Shown one piece after another: positions 12,101-25,452 of a DNA stretch of 64,000 nt. The position numbers and the translations under genes were made by a program. The stretch is from contig NW_018406276.1 of assembly GCF_002113885.1 (NCBI RefSeq), positions 128,572-192,571 on the forward strand, written 5' to 3'. The first letter of the stretch is position 1, and each line of letters opens with the position of its first letter. A model generated the notes under the pieces. That model saw nothing but the letters and a program-made list of their open reading frames with translations, was not told the DNA's origin and searched no databases. This stretch comes from Mizuhopecten yessoensis (taxonomy: Eukaryota).

Positions 12101-15100
12101 CTGCTGATACCCTTCAAGCACACGGACAACATGCAGGAGAACCCTTGATGTCTGTCGGTGACCAGTGCCAAATGACCACTGATCTACAAAGCACAACACT
12201 GCAGTCAGGCATCCAGAACCAAATATTGTGTCAGAGCACATCTTTGGGGCATCAAACAGATGGGACCGAGTTGTCATCCCAACACCAGGAGGCACCACAG
12301 TTGTCACAGCACCACATGGAAGACTTAAGTCTCGCTCAACAAAAGTGCAACGATGTAGCCATTGGTAATGAGATGACAGTAGGTGAGTAACTGATAAAAT
12401 TCAGTAATTCCCTGAAAGACGAATGACAATTTTTGCATTTCAGATACTGGTATGTCTTGTTAGGCCAAATTAAAAAATCTCAAGTTTCCACTAACCCTAC
12501 CTACCATAGATTTTTGTGTCTATCCTAAACTCCTGCACTATATAAGCAAAGTAAAAATATTTTCCAAAATAAAAGCAATCACCGAACTACCTACCATACT
12601 TTACCTGAGGATGATAGCGGAAACACAAGTAATATATTTTTTTGTCCTTACAAATAAAGTTTAGCTCTGATTTCTCATCACATTTAGGATTCTCATCACA
12701 AAGGAATTCCAATTAAATGTACCTTACTAAATTTTGAAATTTAAATCAAATTAATTTATGCTTGGTCAGTACAGTGTTAGTGCTGGCCTTTTTAAAAAAA
12801 TAAGTGAAAGTGAAGATCTCAAATAGAAGATAGGAATTGAATATATGTGAATGAAGTCTGAGATGTCTTTGAAATATTTGGATTCCTCTGCAATGTTTAT
12901 GCTTCAGTATGATAAAGGGACTGTAAAAGCGACACCTGATTAAGTATATTTTAATTAGTGTACATGGTCTTCATTTACCTTTTTCCAGTACAGTAACAAG
13001 AATAAATACGTCTGATATGCTTAATTAAGAAAGTTAGTATTGCCTTGAAACACCATGTCATAATGCTGATTTTCGGTCTTTCAGATGACTTCAAACAAGA
13101 TCGTATTTGTGAGATTTTGTGGTTAGACGTTTTAGAATTACAAGTGATAGAGAAAATTATTTAGCATTGCAGTTATGCAGTTTTTAGAACAGCAAACCCT
13201 TCAGAATGATGCTTATATTAGGTGCCAATCGACGACACGGGAATGGCCATGTTGTGCAACGTGATGTACTCCCGTTTTTTTTTAAAGGGGTGGCTAATAC
13301 CATTCGTCCTTTTCCTTTCAAATGTGTGATCTTTAAAATATATACATGTATATATTTTTTATATAAAACATGAATTACGGTGAATGTAGACGCAGGAAAA
13401 TAATTATTAATATTACATCACTGAGGCTACTTTTGATTTTGATATTTTTTTATTTTTGGATTGAAGGCATTAGACTATCTAAGCCTGCAATTAAAGGCGA
13501 ATAGTATTGTAAAATTAAAACTTTTCAACATACATTTTTTTCACAATTCCTGTGTCAAGAAAATGAGATCAAGTCTGATTATTCTCTCTTTTGAACAGAA
13601 TTTTAAAAATCTGGTGTAAATTTTCAGCATTTTAATTGAAGTTATATTTCTTATTATTACAGCCAATAATCTGAAAGTATTTAAAAAAATATCACATCAT
13701 GGAATAAATTACAAACATGATGTATGACAAAATTTTAATTTAACAGAGTACTCCTTTTAACATCATGTTGGATGGTATTTCCATTTTAAAAAATATGAAC
13801 TATTGAATGATTTTAATGGAGGGCCCATCCGTAACAGTTGGAGGCCATTGTTTAAAAAAAAAATGGCTACTGAAATTCACATGTGGCTACTGATTTTTTA
13901 GGTCCAGGGTGAGCCCTGAAACTGATAATTTTCACATTGACAGTAATTATTGAGTAATGGGTACTACTCATGATGTGCGACCATGGTGGTCAATTATTTG
14001 TACATAACTTTGCCACTTATTAGCGATGATTGTTTCATTCTTCTAAACATGTGCACACGCCAGGTAAACAATTCAAATTTGAACCTTTTATTAAGCGACT
14101 ATTAATTTCTGTAATTTCTAACAGGATTGATAATGATTATTTAATTTTGTTCGATCTGACCGGAGGTTTACTGTATATGCAATGAAATACAGAAAATTGA
14201 TGATATTGTTTTCTGGTGTTGTAGTTGGCTATAGCCCTCAGGATTACCTGCACATGCAGGCAAACCTGGCCACAGCTGCTTATATACCAATCCGAGAAGA
14301 AATCGCAAACCAGGACCCTTCAACAGTTGCTGCTAGCTTGGCCAGTCAGATTGAGGCCATCTCAAGTGCTATTACTAACCAAAGTGGGCTGATCCAGCTG
14401 CCAACAACAGGAGCCAACCCTCAATGTCCTAGTCATTGTGAGCATTTATTGACATTTCAGCCGCATTCAATTAAGGAATGATGCATCTATGTCAAAATCT
14501 TATTTTGCTGATAAATGTAATTTCAAAAACAAGCTCTTGACATGTTGTTGAGATCAATCTGAAAGGAAAAGAGAAACTGATGAAAAATGATTCAAACTGA
14601 AAATCGTCCAGTTATAGTCTAAAAATACTGATAAAACTTGTTTCTTCTTATAATTACGGTTAAAAGTGATATAAACATCATTCATCATGGAAGTTAGGTG
14701 ACACAATAGGGCACCTTTTGGTCCAACTTTCCTTTTGGTATTTTCATTATAAACTCCTTCAATGCCTTTTGAATGTTAAGAAGAGGACCATATTGTTGCA
14801 TGAAGATCATTTAAACCTTTTTAACGCCACAAATGACGCCAACAAATCTTATCATCATATGAATTGAACAAGTCTTTCACATCACTGCCAACCATGTCAG
14901 TGACTTATCTTATGTCACTATTTTTGCAGTGGTTGATCTGGTCCTGAAGTTAGCGGGGAGACGGGATGCGAACACACCTCATGAAAATCCCGCTGTAGCA
15001 GTCAGCATCCCTGTTGAACCAGTAATAGGGGCTGGCCTGGCGATACCAGAGGTGTTTGTATCCTGTGAGTCTCATATGCATTGTATCCTGATTATTTGTC

Positions 15101-18100
15101 ATTGTAACAGGTAATTTTAAATGTGCATATGATCAGGTTAGTACTGTTGAAGTAGAAAAATTGCTAATTTCACCAACATCAACCCAAAGAAAGAAAGGGT
15201 GAAAATACAAAAATATCCAATTTTTAACTTATTCCGATTTAAAAGGTGTTCATTCTTTAACTCATAAGTTAAACTTAAGTGAAATGTTCATGAAATGTAG
15301 GCTTGATAAACTGTGTTCATTATTAAAATTCTTGAGTGAAAAATGTGTTCGTTAAGGAATTATTAACTTCATGAATTGTAATATCTGTATTGTTTATTTC
15401 AAAGTAGCCTCAGCAAGGGTGGGGGGAATAAGTGTCGATTAAATAGTAGAAGTAAATTGTTATTTCAAAACTTAAAATGTCAAAGTTGTGCAGTGATTAC
15501 AGCAGATTAACTTTCATGCTAGAAATTTCTTTAGGATAAGTGAGAAATTCTGTTGAATAGCAGCTATAAGTTGTAGTAGCATGAAAAACTGCAATTGTGA
15601 TCTTTTTCAAATTTAGAACAAAATGAGAAATTGGACCAAATTGTGGCCTGAAAAGTGAGGAAAAATGGCGATAAAGTTATCACAAAATTCGTTTTTTTTT
15701 CGTGTATTTTGTAAGCAGCTGTGAATATCAATTTGTGTTTTGTAGTTTGTGTGGGGTGTAATGCAGCATCAGAGACCTCCCCTTGCCTGATCCATGACAC
15801 AGAGTACACTGCCATAGCTGACAGCCCCATACCAAGTAAAGCTCGGGCCTCACTCCCAACCTGTCTATACCTGAAGTCTTCGGAAACCATACTACAGAAT
15901 GTCATGGGTAATTTATATAGATATATATTACATTGAAAGTATTGAAATCTTTACATATGTAAGTTTTTGTATTCCTTTCTGAAAAATTATCATATGGCCC
16001 ATTTGTTTATTGTCTAATGTTTAATGAGTCGTAGACATAAATGTTCAGAATAAATTTTATTTCTAAAATATCTAATAATTTTCTGAAATTTCTGAAATTA
16101 ACAAATATTTATCATCTTTGTCCTATGGATAATCATCTTATTCTTGGATCCCTATAGGTACCATTTTAATTCTGAGATTTGATTTTTTTTTTTATACAAA
16201 ATGAAAGATATGTGTCTTCTTGAAGCTAATCAGATACTGACCAATGTCATCTACTTATAAGCCGAAGGGTGGTCGGGTGGCGCAGTGGGTATCACACTCG
16301 CCTTTCACCGAGGAAAAGGTATTGGTTCACCTGCCCGACCACATGGAGTTTCTTCAAGTACTCTGGTTTCCTTCCACATTAAGACCCTCAGTGCGCTAAT
16401 GTCCAGGCCAACAAGAGGATTAAATATAAGTTGTAATAACATGTTTCATAATTGTTGTTTATATTTATACTTATAAGCTGTATGATTTAATTCCAGGTGT
16501 GTGGTCAAAGGTGCCAATCAAAGCCAAAAGCAAATTTGGGCCTCTGGTGGGAAAAGTGAGCTCCTCTGCTCCTGGCGAGTCGAAGCTTGGATCTCTCCCA
16601 GAGTTCAAGGTGATCATCATTGTCATCATTATTCAATTTTTCAAATAGAACCATTTCATAGAACCATTTCTTCTTCATTTTTATATCCCCCACCCAATAT
16701 TTCTCGGCAAACAGTGAAAATTAATTTGGTTGTCATTCTGTCTATACAGACACTTGTCTTTCCAGATTATTTTCTGTTCATTTGCAGTTCTCTTGGGTCG
16801 AAAAGACTTGATAAAGAGCTTTCTTGTTATATTTAGCAGTGTGTAGAGTGTTAACAGCAATGCATGACTTAAATGATGCGTGTAGATGTTAAATGTTGAT
16901 ACCACTACCTGAATTACAGGTGATCTACAGTGATAAGGTGGACCAGTACGACCTAGATGATGAAGAGGAGTGTAACTGGCTAAAGTTTGTACAGATGGCC
17001 CGTACAGAGGAATCCCAGAACATGGTCGTCACACAGATGGGCTCAGATATTTACTTCTTTACCACGAAAGATGTGTATCCTGGTGAAGAACTGCTCTTCT
17101 GGTACTCCAAGGACTACGCTCGGTTTCTAGGTAAATAAATATCCCATCCCATAATTCTTAAGTTACCTATGTAACAAAAGAAACAGGTGAACGATACAGG
17201 CCCTCTGGACATCTTGTTTTTAAAGGTGGAAAGAAGTACATATCATGTAGTCTGTAAAATTCTTTTAAATGTTCCCTGTATTAATATATCTTGTTCCACC
17301 CTTACCTTGGAAACCAATGATTTAACACAAAGCGAACATTTCATGTTAATCATTATCACAATTTTTACCAACATGTATAATAAGCGTTACGTTCTGGGAT
17401 GAAAATTAAAATTGGGGCAGATATTCTTTTTATGCCCCTCTCTGTTGTATGAATCCCTCCACAGATTCAGTTTACACTTGTACCAAAATGTGGTAAAATG
17501 TTCATTTTAACAAGATTTTAGTGGTTATTGGTCATAGATCATGCCTATAATAAAGTAAAATATTCATGTACAAGATATCCGCCCCTCTCAATAGATTTAG
17601 GTTATATTTGCACTATAGAATGACAGCATGAAGTTCTTCACCTGCTCAGAATCTGGTGGTCATTGGTCAAGGTCAATGGGTCATAGGTCGTATTTGATCA
17701 CTTTGATATTCCTGATGGTGATGGGGGTATATCTAGGTGATCCAGGACTCTTTGCTGTACAGTAAAACCACATATAAATGTCTGTTATGCAGTACTTTGT
17801 GATTCCAATTGTTTGTTCTATCTGTAGCATAGTCAAACCAATCATAAGATATCAACCTTTTGAAGTAATTATAATTCAATTCCAGTTGCTGTTATCCAAT
17901 TAAAGAAAACATTTGAGTAAAATGTACCTGTTTAAGGATTCCCGTACAACTGCCAATAACTGTTACTAAGTATTGGAAACTGTTCTTTTCCTGTATCAAC
18001 AGAGCTTTGATAAATCATTCCTGAAAAGAAAACCATACCTTTAATGAAAAATAATGAACATTGATTATAAACAACAGTGTTCCCTGTTTAAAGGTCCTCC

Positions 18101-20042
18101 GGGCTAAACGGTGACTCAAACCCTGTTCTTCAGATTATCATAGTATCGCTCTAACCGTTTGAGCTACGTAGTCAACACTGGTATCCATTCCCAGCTGTGC
18201 TACAGATAAATGCAAACAAAGGTAAGCACAGGTTACTGTTTGTAGGAAATATCACAGTGCAGTGGGACAGCGATCCTTAAGGGCAGCAAATGTTATTGAA
18301 GTAGGTATAAATCTGTTATATAAAGACATGATTGTGCTGATTTTAAATATATGTGAAAGTTTGACATGTAATATATCTCGGGATGTGTCTGTTATTTCAG
18401 TCAATATTTTATGTTACAGGAATACCAGTCAGTCCAGAAACGAAGAAGATCAAAATGTGTTATGTATGTGGTAAGGTGTTTGTTGGTCGCCTTAACCTGC
18501 GGGCTCACCAGAAACTCCTACATGCCGACGTTGTGAAGAGGAAGTGGAATTGTAACATGTGTGAGCAGGGATTCACCTCCTCTGCTAAGCTCAATGACCA
18601 CATGAATATTCATATGGGAATAAAGCCACACACCTGTCAATACTGCGGGAAGCGGTTCACGGACCAAAGTAATCTCCGACAACACCTACTGACACACACA
18701 AGTAAGTCAATCAAGTCCAGATATTATGTTCATTTAAATCATTAAAGGAAAAATGATAGTGGATGTTATTTACAATTAACAAAAATTATTTAGATTTAGG
18801 GGTTTGGAATATAGACAACACTGAAATGTGGAAAATATTTTTAAGTTTGAAAACTTATTGTGTTGTCTGCAAAGCAAAGGTAAATAAGGTATCACTCTGA
18901 CGGCATCATCACAGCACAAATTGTTTTTTTGAGAGATAACTCTTGAAAGGAATGCTTTGATTTCATGAATTTGCCTTTAAACACCTGTAGTATTGTTAAA
19001 CGCACCAATAGTATAAATTTCCTGGTCAAGTTTGATTTTGAACCAAATCTGAAAGTCAACATGGCTGTCAATGGCTGACTTTGATTTTGAGAAAAGTATG
19101 AAGGGGTCCGTACTATAACTCTTGAATGGGATGCTTTAATTTTCATAGGACTTTCTACACATACCCCTGGCATCAATTACCTACTCAAGATTGGTTGGGA
19201 TCCACTTTGAGTTTGATTCCAAATTCAATATGGCTGCCGGTGATTGATGAAATATTTACACATTTTATCCCCTGAAGACCTACAGTTAACTGTTGTTCTA
19301 CACAATCATAGGAGGTTTTATTCTAGAAACCGATGCTATATGAATACTTTGTTCATCAAGATCAAAGCAGTTGTTGTGAAAACATTTAAGATTAACAGGT
19401 ACACAGATTACGAAGTTCAAAGTTGATTTTGTGTCGAGAATACCAGGTCCACACATTACTTTATGGCCCAGGATGATAAAATGCATGTGTATGGCAAAGT
19501 AGCTACTTACCTGTTAAAATGTGATCTATTTGTGATTTTTAGGTTGAAGTATTACAGAGATTTACTCGTTACGTTTTGTAGATGTGAAGAGGTTTTCCTG
19601 TAATCAGTGTGGCAATCAGTTCCGTCAGAAGATCCATCTGCAGACTCACATGTTGATACACACAGGAGAGAAAAACCTGCAGTGTAGTTATTGCGTGAAG
19701 AAGTTTGCACGTGAATCTGATCGCAAACAGCATCAGTATCAACACACAAAGGAAAAGATTTACCAGTGTACAGAGTGCAACAAGATATTCTATAAACTGC
19801 AGAACTACAAACGACATTTATTAATGCACACAGGGGAGAAAAACCATGCCTGTCCAAAGTGTCAGAAGCGATTCTATACCAAGTACCACTTACAGCGACA
19901 CTCGAAGATCTGCAAGGGAGCCACCACAAAAATCTACCTCAACAAACACGAGAAAAATCTCAACTTAGAAGAAATAGCCAATGAACTGACTGCAGGTCCT
20001 TCTGGGTCCAGGACCTTGGGAACCAGCACTGCTACATCGTAA
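9147..20042 (+). CDS. PRDM4: PR/SET-domain zinc-finger protein 4-like, 10 coding exons, 883 aa
   Basis: Exons 9147-9189, 9875-9991, 11468-12382, 14225-14437, 14930-15064, 15746-15907, 16497-16609, 16920-17130, 18420-18701, 19582-20042 join in frame via GT-AG introns (2652 nt). Domains: zinc knuckle (FCVGC..CLIHD..SKARASLP), PR/SET (FGPLVG, CNWLKFV, GEELLFWY) and 7 fingers with PRDM4-like signatures (KWNCNMC, HMGIKPH, TGEKNLQC, TKYHLQRHSKICK). Confidence 0.9.
9875..9991 (+). CDS. PRDM4: PRDM4 coding exon 2
   Basis: tttcag acceptor, gtaatt donor, open 117-nt phase 1-1 exon. Confidence 0.7.
11468..12382 (+). CDS. PRDM4: PRDM4 coding exon 3 (S/Q/T-rich low-complexity region)
   Basis: Matches ORF 11473-12390; tttcag acceptor, gtgagt donor. 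Confidence 0.85.
14225..14437 (+). CDS. PRDM4: PRDM4 coding exon 4
   Basis: Within ORF 14182-14481; gtag acceptor, gtgagc donor, phase 1-1. Confidence 0.8.
14930..15064 (+). CDS. PRDM4: PRDM4 coding exon 5
   Basis: ttttgcag acceptor, gtgagt donor, phase 1-1. Confidence 0.8.
15746..15907 (+). CDS. PRDM4: PRDM4 coding exon 6 (PR zinc knuckle)
   Basis: CxxC..CxxH plus DSPIPSKARASLP motif; canonical splice sites. Confidence 0.9.
16265..16460 (+). mobile_element. Intronic tRNA-derived V-type SINE
   Basis: A box TGGCGCAGTGG plus a V-domain-like GAGTTTCTTCAAGTACTCTGGTTTCCTTCCACA. Confidence 0.6.
16497..16609 (+). CDS. PRDM4: PRDM4 coding exon 7 (PR domain, N-half)
   Basis: GVWSKVPIKAKSKFGPLVG; ttccag acceptor, gtgatc donor. 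Confidence 0.9.
16920..17130 (+). CDS. PRDM4: PRDM4 coding exon 8 (PR domain, C-half)
   Basis: CNWLKFVQMAR..QNM..IYFFTTKDVYPGEELLFWY. Confidence 0.92.
18420..18701 (+). CDS. PRDM4: PRDM4 coding exon 9 (zinc fingers 1-3)
   Basis: Three C2H2 fingers; ttacag acceptor, gtaagt donor. Confidence 0.92.
19582..20042 (+). CDS. PRDM4: PRDM4 coding exon 10 (zinc fingers 4-7, stop)
   Basis: TGEK linkers; last finger is C2HC; TAA ends at 20042; AATAAA at 20808. Confidence 0.92.
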
Positions 20043-20395
20043 ATCATCTCAATCTCTAACTATTGTCATACGATTCTTCATCAGGATGCAACTCTGCTAT
20101 TCTGCTGAATCATGGATTTTCCTTTAATGTCAGTTATTTTCTGCCTGCACGTTTCTGTGCCTTCTTCATCAAATCTCTAGGCTAATCTGGATAGCGGTTG
20201 GAAAAACAACTAACTTATTCCTTGCTGAATGCAGTCAAGCCATTGATATGAGAGTTTCAAGGAAGATAGATGGGCTAATATCAAAGCATTGGTACAAGAT
20301 TTGAAGAACACCTTATCAAAAGGTAACATGTGCTGCATTTTATGTAGCTATTCTTTAAATCTGCTATCTCTTATTAAATTAAAGTAGTTTCAGAT

Positions 20396-20570
20396 ACACT
20401 GTGAAATCACTTAATTTTCATGGGTTTTTTAATTTTCGTTGATATTGTGGGTAAACTTCATCCACAAATACATAGGTCCATGAAGTAATAACAAATCGGA
20501 ATCCACAAATTCATGTACCCAGGCAATGGTTTTTAGCTGGGAAACCATGAAAATATCTGATTTCACAGTA
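20396..20570. mobile_element. Small Tc1/mariner-like MITE in the PRDM4 3' region
   Basis: Inverted ends ACTGTGAAATCA...TGATTTCACAGT. Confidence 0.55.
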
Positions 20571-23500
20571 GTCATATCTTTGAATATGGGGTGAATCTGT
20601 TTCTCTCAACAGCAGAAATAATTTTGGTACTGGATGGTTGCATCTAGTTTTTCAGATCAAGTTTATTATTAGACTCAGTAGTCATAAGGATAGTAAATTA
20701 AATGCATGTCTAGTGGCATTTAATCTGAATACCAATTTGTGAAATATATCAAGTATATAATATTATATCTTGATTGGTCAATTGAGTCTAGAGATTTTGT
20801 AAATCAAAATAAATGTTTTGCATATGAAGGATAAATATTTTCTTTTTTTTTCTATTAGAAAATCTTCATTTACCAAATTATACTTATTCATTTACTCAAA
20901 AACTTCAGACTAGCTGATTTTGCTGAGCTGTTGTATGAATTCTGGACTGGATGAGCCTGCATACCTGTTACAAGGTAAGGTAGAAAAGTCTGTTTGCAGC
21001 TGCAGTAAAGATTTTTATGCAAAATGACAAAAGATTGAGAATTTTTATGACTTTTAAAGTAGAGAAATGATTTTTTTTTGAGCTGATTTTGCTCTTGAGG
21101 ATCGACAATTATTTGAATAAATGGTTTTCCTATTAAACATGTGCAATTGTTACAGGGAGAAAAGGGTTTCACAACCTTTCGATGATTGGTTATCGTGTTA
21201 ATTTAACCTTTAGTTTAAAACTTTTAAAAGACATTGTGATACCTTGCATCTGTTTTAACTTGGAAGATGAACTCCAGTTAGATAAACATGATGGTAAACC
21301 ATTAACCGCTAGGGATCCTAACTTTCTGTCAAATTATGAGCTCTGATTTTGTTTTGCATCATGTAAGTAATTTCTAATACATGTTGCATCAGGTCCAAAG
21401 CAATTAAAACAGCACAGAGTTGATGTTGTGTTATTGAATAACATAGTAGGAATTTAATGAAAAAAGATAGGACCATGTTTCTATTTACCAGATGTTTGGA
21501 GAAGAAGAGCGGAGAAGTTTCGACAACAAAAGTGAACACGGTGTTGTTGAGTAGAGACGTTCCTGCTGTATAACAACAGTGTTTAGTGAAGACATTCCAG
21601 TAGAACATTCAGAAGACTGCTGTGAAGATTGTCGAGAATGTGATTCAAGTAAACAGAAGAGGAATTGGCTTACAACCATTATAAAAGTAATGACAGAGAG
21701 ACAACGGACTACAAAGTAAGGGCATGTTTCCCTTAATCTGACCTCTGTCAGGACTTGTTAGTGTTGACTACTGGATTTTTATATGGTTAAAATTCTTTAA
21801 CTTTGCTGATCTCAAGTTTTTGTCAATTTTCAGCTATGTTGTTAGGTATTCACAAATAAATGAAATGTTTTACAAAAGGAAATTTATGATATTTACACAA
21901 AAACAGCTTTCAACATGTAAAAGTAATTCCTTTAAAAATTTGGATCAGCAAAAGTAAAGTGTTAAGTTTTGAAATTGTTTTGTTACAAATCATCAAAGAT
22001 TTGATTCAATGTTATCTGTTCAAAGCCTTATAAGTTTAATGATGAGATCATCTTTCATCTTTGTATATTTATTTTCAAAATTATTGAAATTCAGAACTAA
22101 ACCTGCATGTATGGGGATCCAGAAAGATCATCCATAGACAAACACAAAAATATTTGTCAATATTTAGAAAATTCTGAAATCTAACAATTTGAACATTTTT
22201 GTTAATGACGTGTCAACCTTATCAGGCTCTGAACAACCCTATGTAATAAGTTTTATTTTGGCAGAGGGCACAACTTACACAGGGTTTGGTAAGGCTTTAA
22301 TTAATTCACCCCTGAAATTTCATTCTGAGTTCAAATGTGTCTCCTGGCCCGTAAAAGAGTTGAGTCCTTTGTATTTAGACAAATAACATGTAAAATTAAA
22401 AGTGATGAAAGTTTGATGAGTACCCCACAAAGTCTTTGAATTTCTTTTTATTTTATTTTTAAACCATCACCATTAGTGATGATTTCTGCATATTCATGAA
22501 ATATTTCTAAATTTGAATATAAAATGGGTCTGTGAAATTTGTTGAAATTCATCTTATTTTCTTTTTCAAATGCCAAAAAGTATTAAAATTTCATAAAAAA
22601 AATGCCTTCTGTAAATTTGCTGTCGATGGTGTGAAACTTAGTTTTCTGTTGTAATTTTGTGTGCAATATGCATTGAAGTTGTAACAAAAACATAAGCCTT
22701 GCTTCCAGTAAGCTGTGCCCCGTGGCGATATGTAATCGAAATTGTATGAGTAGTTTACGATATAAAAACGAAGGATATATAATTGTCAGTATGTAACTGG
22801 TGCATGAAGTATGAAAGTTGGGTTCATGTGTTGGACCCTTGTTAATGATGATTTCGGACAACTCAACATTAAGACATCGGCTATGTTGCTGTGCTATCAT
22901 GGTAATTGCTGACATCATAAGGATGGACTATCACCATCATTTGATTTATGAAGCAAGCTGCTGTTGGATTGACTTCCAAAGGTAAGGTTCATATATCTTG
23001 ATCAGCACTTTTATTTTGAATTTTTGAAAGCGTCTTTTGAAAGTATATTTTTTGCCACCCAACTTGCAATGTTTAAGGGATATTATACTGGAATCGCCCT
23101 GTCATATTATCAGTGGGCACCGTTTTGGACAGTAATTTGCATATTTTATTTTCAGATTCACTCATAAAACTTCCGACACATTATCTACACTTAAGCCTAG
23201 AACCATTTATTTCGGGGCAGTCCTGACAATGACTTGAAAAGCCCTTTTTCCACTTCACAACCAACTCCCCAAGGAGTCTGTTGAAAGCAAAAGTCTTACA
23301 TTTTGTAAACTCAGTCATTGACTTAAACCAGTTCTGTTAATAGGACGTTAAACAAAATCAAACAAACAAACAAATAAACCAGTTCTGTATCTAAAATTAT
23401 TATTAGGCCTTACAAAAAAATATGTTTGTTTCCTGTTACATCCTGGAAAAATTTGGGTACCCCGGGGGTGGGGATTTTTATTTTTTTTACATTTTTTTTA

Positions 23501-24399
23501 CATTTTGATTATACATGAAATTGAACACCAAAACAAAAAGATAATGCAGACATCACCAACGAAACTACATTGTAGAAGATATTAAAAAAGACAGATTTGC
23601 CAGTGATACTTGTTTAATACAAATATTATCAAAATATTATTAACAGTAACTATTTATTACAACAAAAAAGTTATTTGGCATTGATGGCCTTTGAGGTTGC
23701 TTCATCCGCTGCTTTACTGCAAAAAAAGAGCATAACATTAAGAACAAAAATTAACTTTTGACTTCATTTATTTATAAGTTATAACACAATGAAATATGTG
23801 TTCCTGTTTTAATATTTTATCCTATATATTTTGAATGATATAGCTACACGTAGATCCATTGAGCAGGTAAATAAATATTTTTCCCGATATTAAAATATAT
23901 TGAATACTATAGCTGTCACAGCCGCACCTACACCCAGTAGTTCATATCTGGCAGGAGTCTCCTTATAGTCACATTCACAGTATGTATAAATTAACCCTAG
24001 AAGATATTGTACTAAACGAGACTTTCAAAACTTTCACAAAATCAAAATTAATTCAAACAAACTCACCTTGTGATGTCACCAATCGTCTTCAATTCCAGGG
24101 CACTCGAAAGTGAGATAGTTAACTCCAAAGTTACTAACGTTAACTTCGGGCAGTGAAAGGCCGCTCCTGACTTCAAAAGCGCTAGAATAGTGAGGCAATT
24201 TGCTTTTGTGTTTGATTGGTCCGATTGGTATGTTTCAAAAACTTCTGCCATTAAATTAGTTGCAGGGACCGCTGCCATCAAACTTTTGTCGCCGGCGTGA
24301 TCACATTTATTAAACTTTAATGCAAGCACTGTGTGTAGGGAAGCCATCTTAAAACACAGTCCGTGTCAAAAGAGCGCTTAAATACAAAACGGAAAACGG

Positions 24400-25452
24400 T
24401 ACCAAAAACCTCCAAAACCCCTGAACCAATTTCAATGAAATTTTGCAGAAACCTTCCATGGCCAAAGGTCAAAAAAAATAGTTGCCGGTTTGGTCCTCAG
24501 CCCCCAGGGGCCTGAGGTGCGGGGCCAAAAAGGGTAAAATTGACTAAAATTTCAAAAATCTTCTTCTTAAGACCCAGATATGGTAGAATCAAATACTCTT
24601 CATAGATGGAAGGGTCTTAAGGTGCTTTACCAAAATTGTGAATTTCTTGACCCTTGGGTCCCACGTTTCCCCCTGGGAAGGGGGTAAACTTTACTATAGT
24701 TTATTTAGGAAAATCACATTTTGGACCAACATTTGTTTAATTGCCATTGGAGGTAATTCAATTTAGGTTAGCATTAGCAGTATTGGGTAGCAGTATGATG
24801 GTATGCACATATGAGCCCTGACTGACCCCCAGGGGCTGATGGGTGGGACCAAAAAGGGTCAAATTGACTGAAATTTCAAAAATCTTCTTCTCAAGACCCA
24901 GATATGGTAGAATCAAATACTCTTCATAGATGGAAGGGTCTTAAGGTTTATGACCCTAGGGTCTCACATTNNNNNNNNNNNNNNNNNNNNNNNNNNNNNN
25001 NNNNNNNNNNNNNNNNNNNNNNNNNNNNNNNNNNNNNNNNNNNNNNNNNNNNNNNNNNNNNNNNNNNNNNNNNNNNNNNNNNNNNNNNNNNNNNNNNNNN
25101 NNNNNNNNNNNNNNNNNNNNNNNNNNNNNNNNNNNNNNNNNNNNNNNNNNNNNNNNNNNNNNNNNNNNNNNNNNNNNNNNNNNNNNNNNNNNNTTTTGAG
25201 CCAGCCCTACCCCCAAGGGCTGTAGGGTGGGGCCCAAAGGAGTCAGTGTGCAAAAATTTCTTCATTTTCCTTGTTTAGAATCAGAGGTGCTAGTTTCAAA
25301 TACTTTTTAGTCTTAAATCTGTATGCTAGATATTGAATAAGGTGGTTTTATTGTTTTTTGTCACTGAATAATATTTCTGTTCATGTTAAAAACAAAATCA
25401 ACTCTCTGTATAAATATATAAGGTGACCGTTAAGGTCCATGGGCCTCTTGTC
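24400..25452 (+). mobile_element. Helentron-associated non-autonomous element (HINE), 3' part, spanning an N gap
   Basis: Repeated core units (GGGGCCAAAAAGGGT..AAAATCTTCTTCT..). The 3' end AGGTGACCGTTAAGGTCCATGGGCCTCTTGT matches the end of the element at 52244-52277. Confidence 0.65.

Noticed and set aside
12020-19929. Minus-strand ORFs overlapping PRDM4 exons
   Set aside because: Antisense shadows of coding exons, with no motifs or splice support.
24904-25278. ORFs containing long X runs
   Set aside because: Artefacts of translating the N gap.
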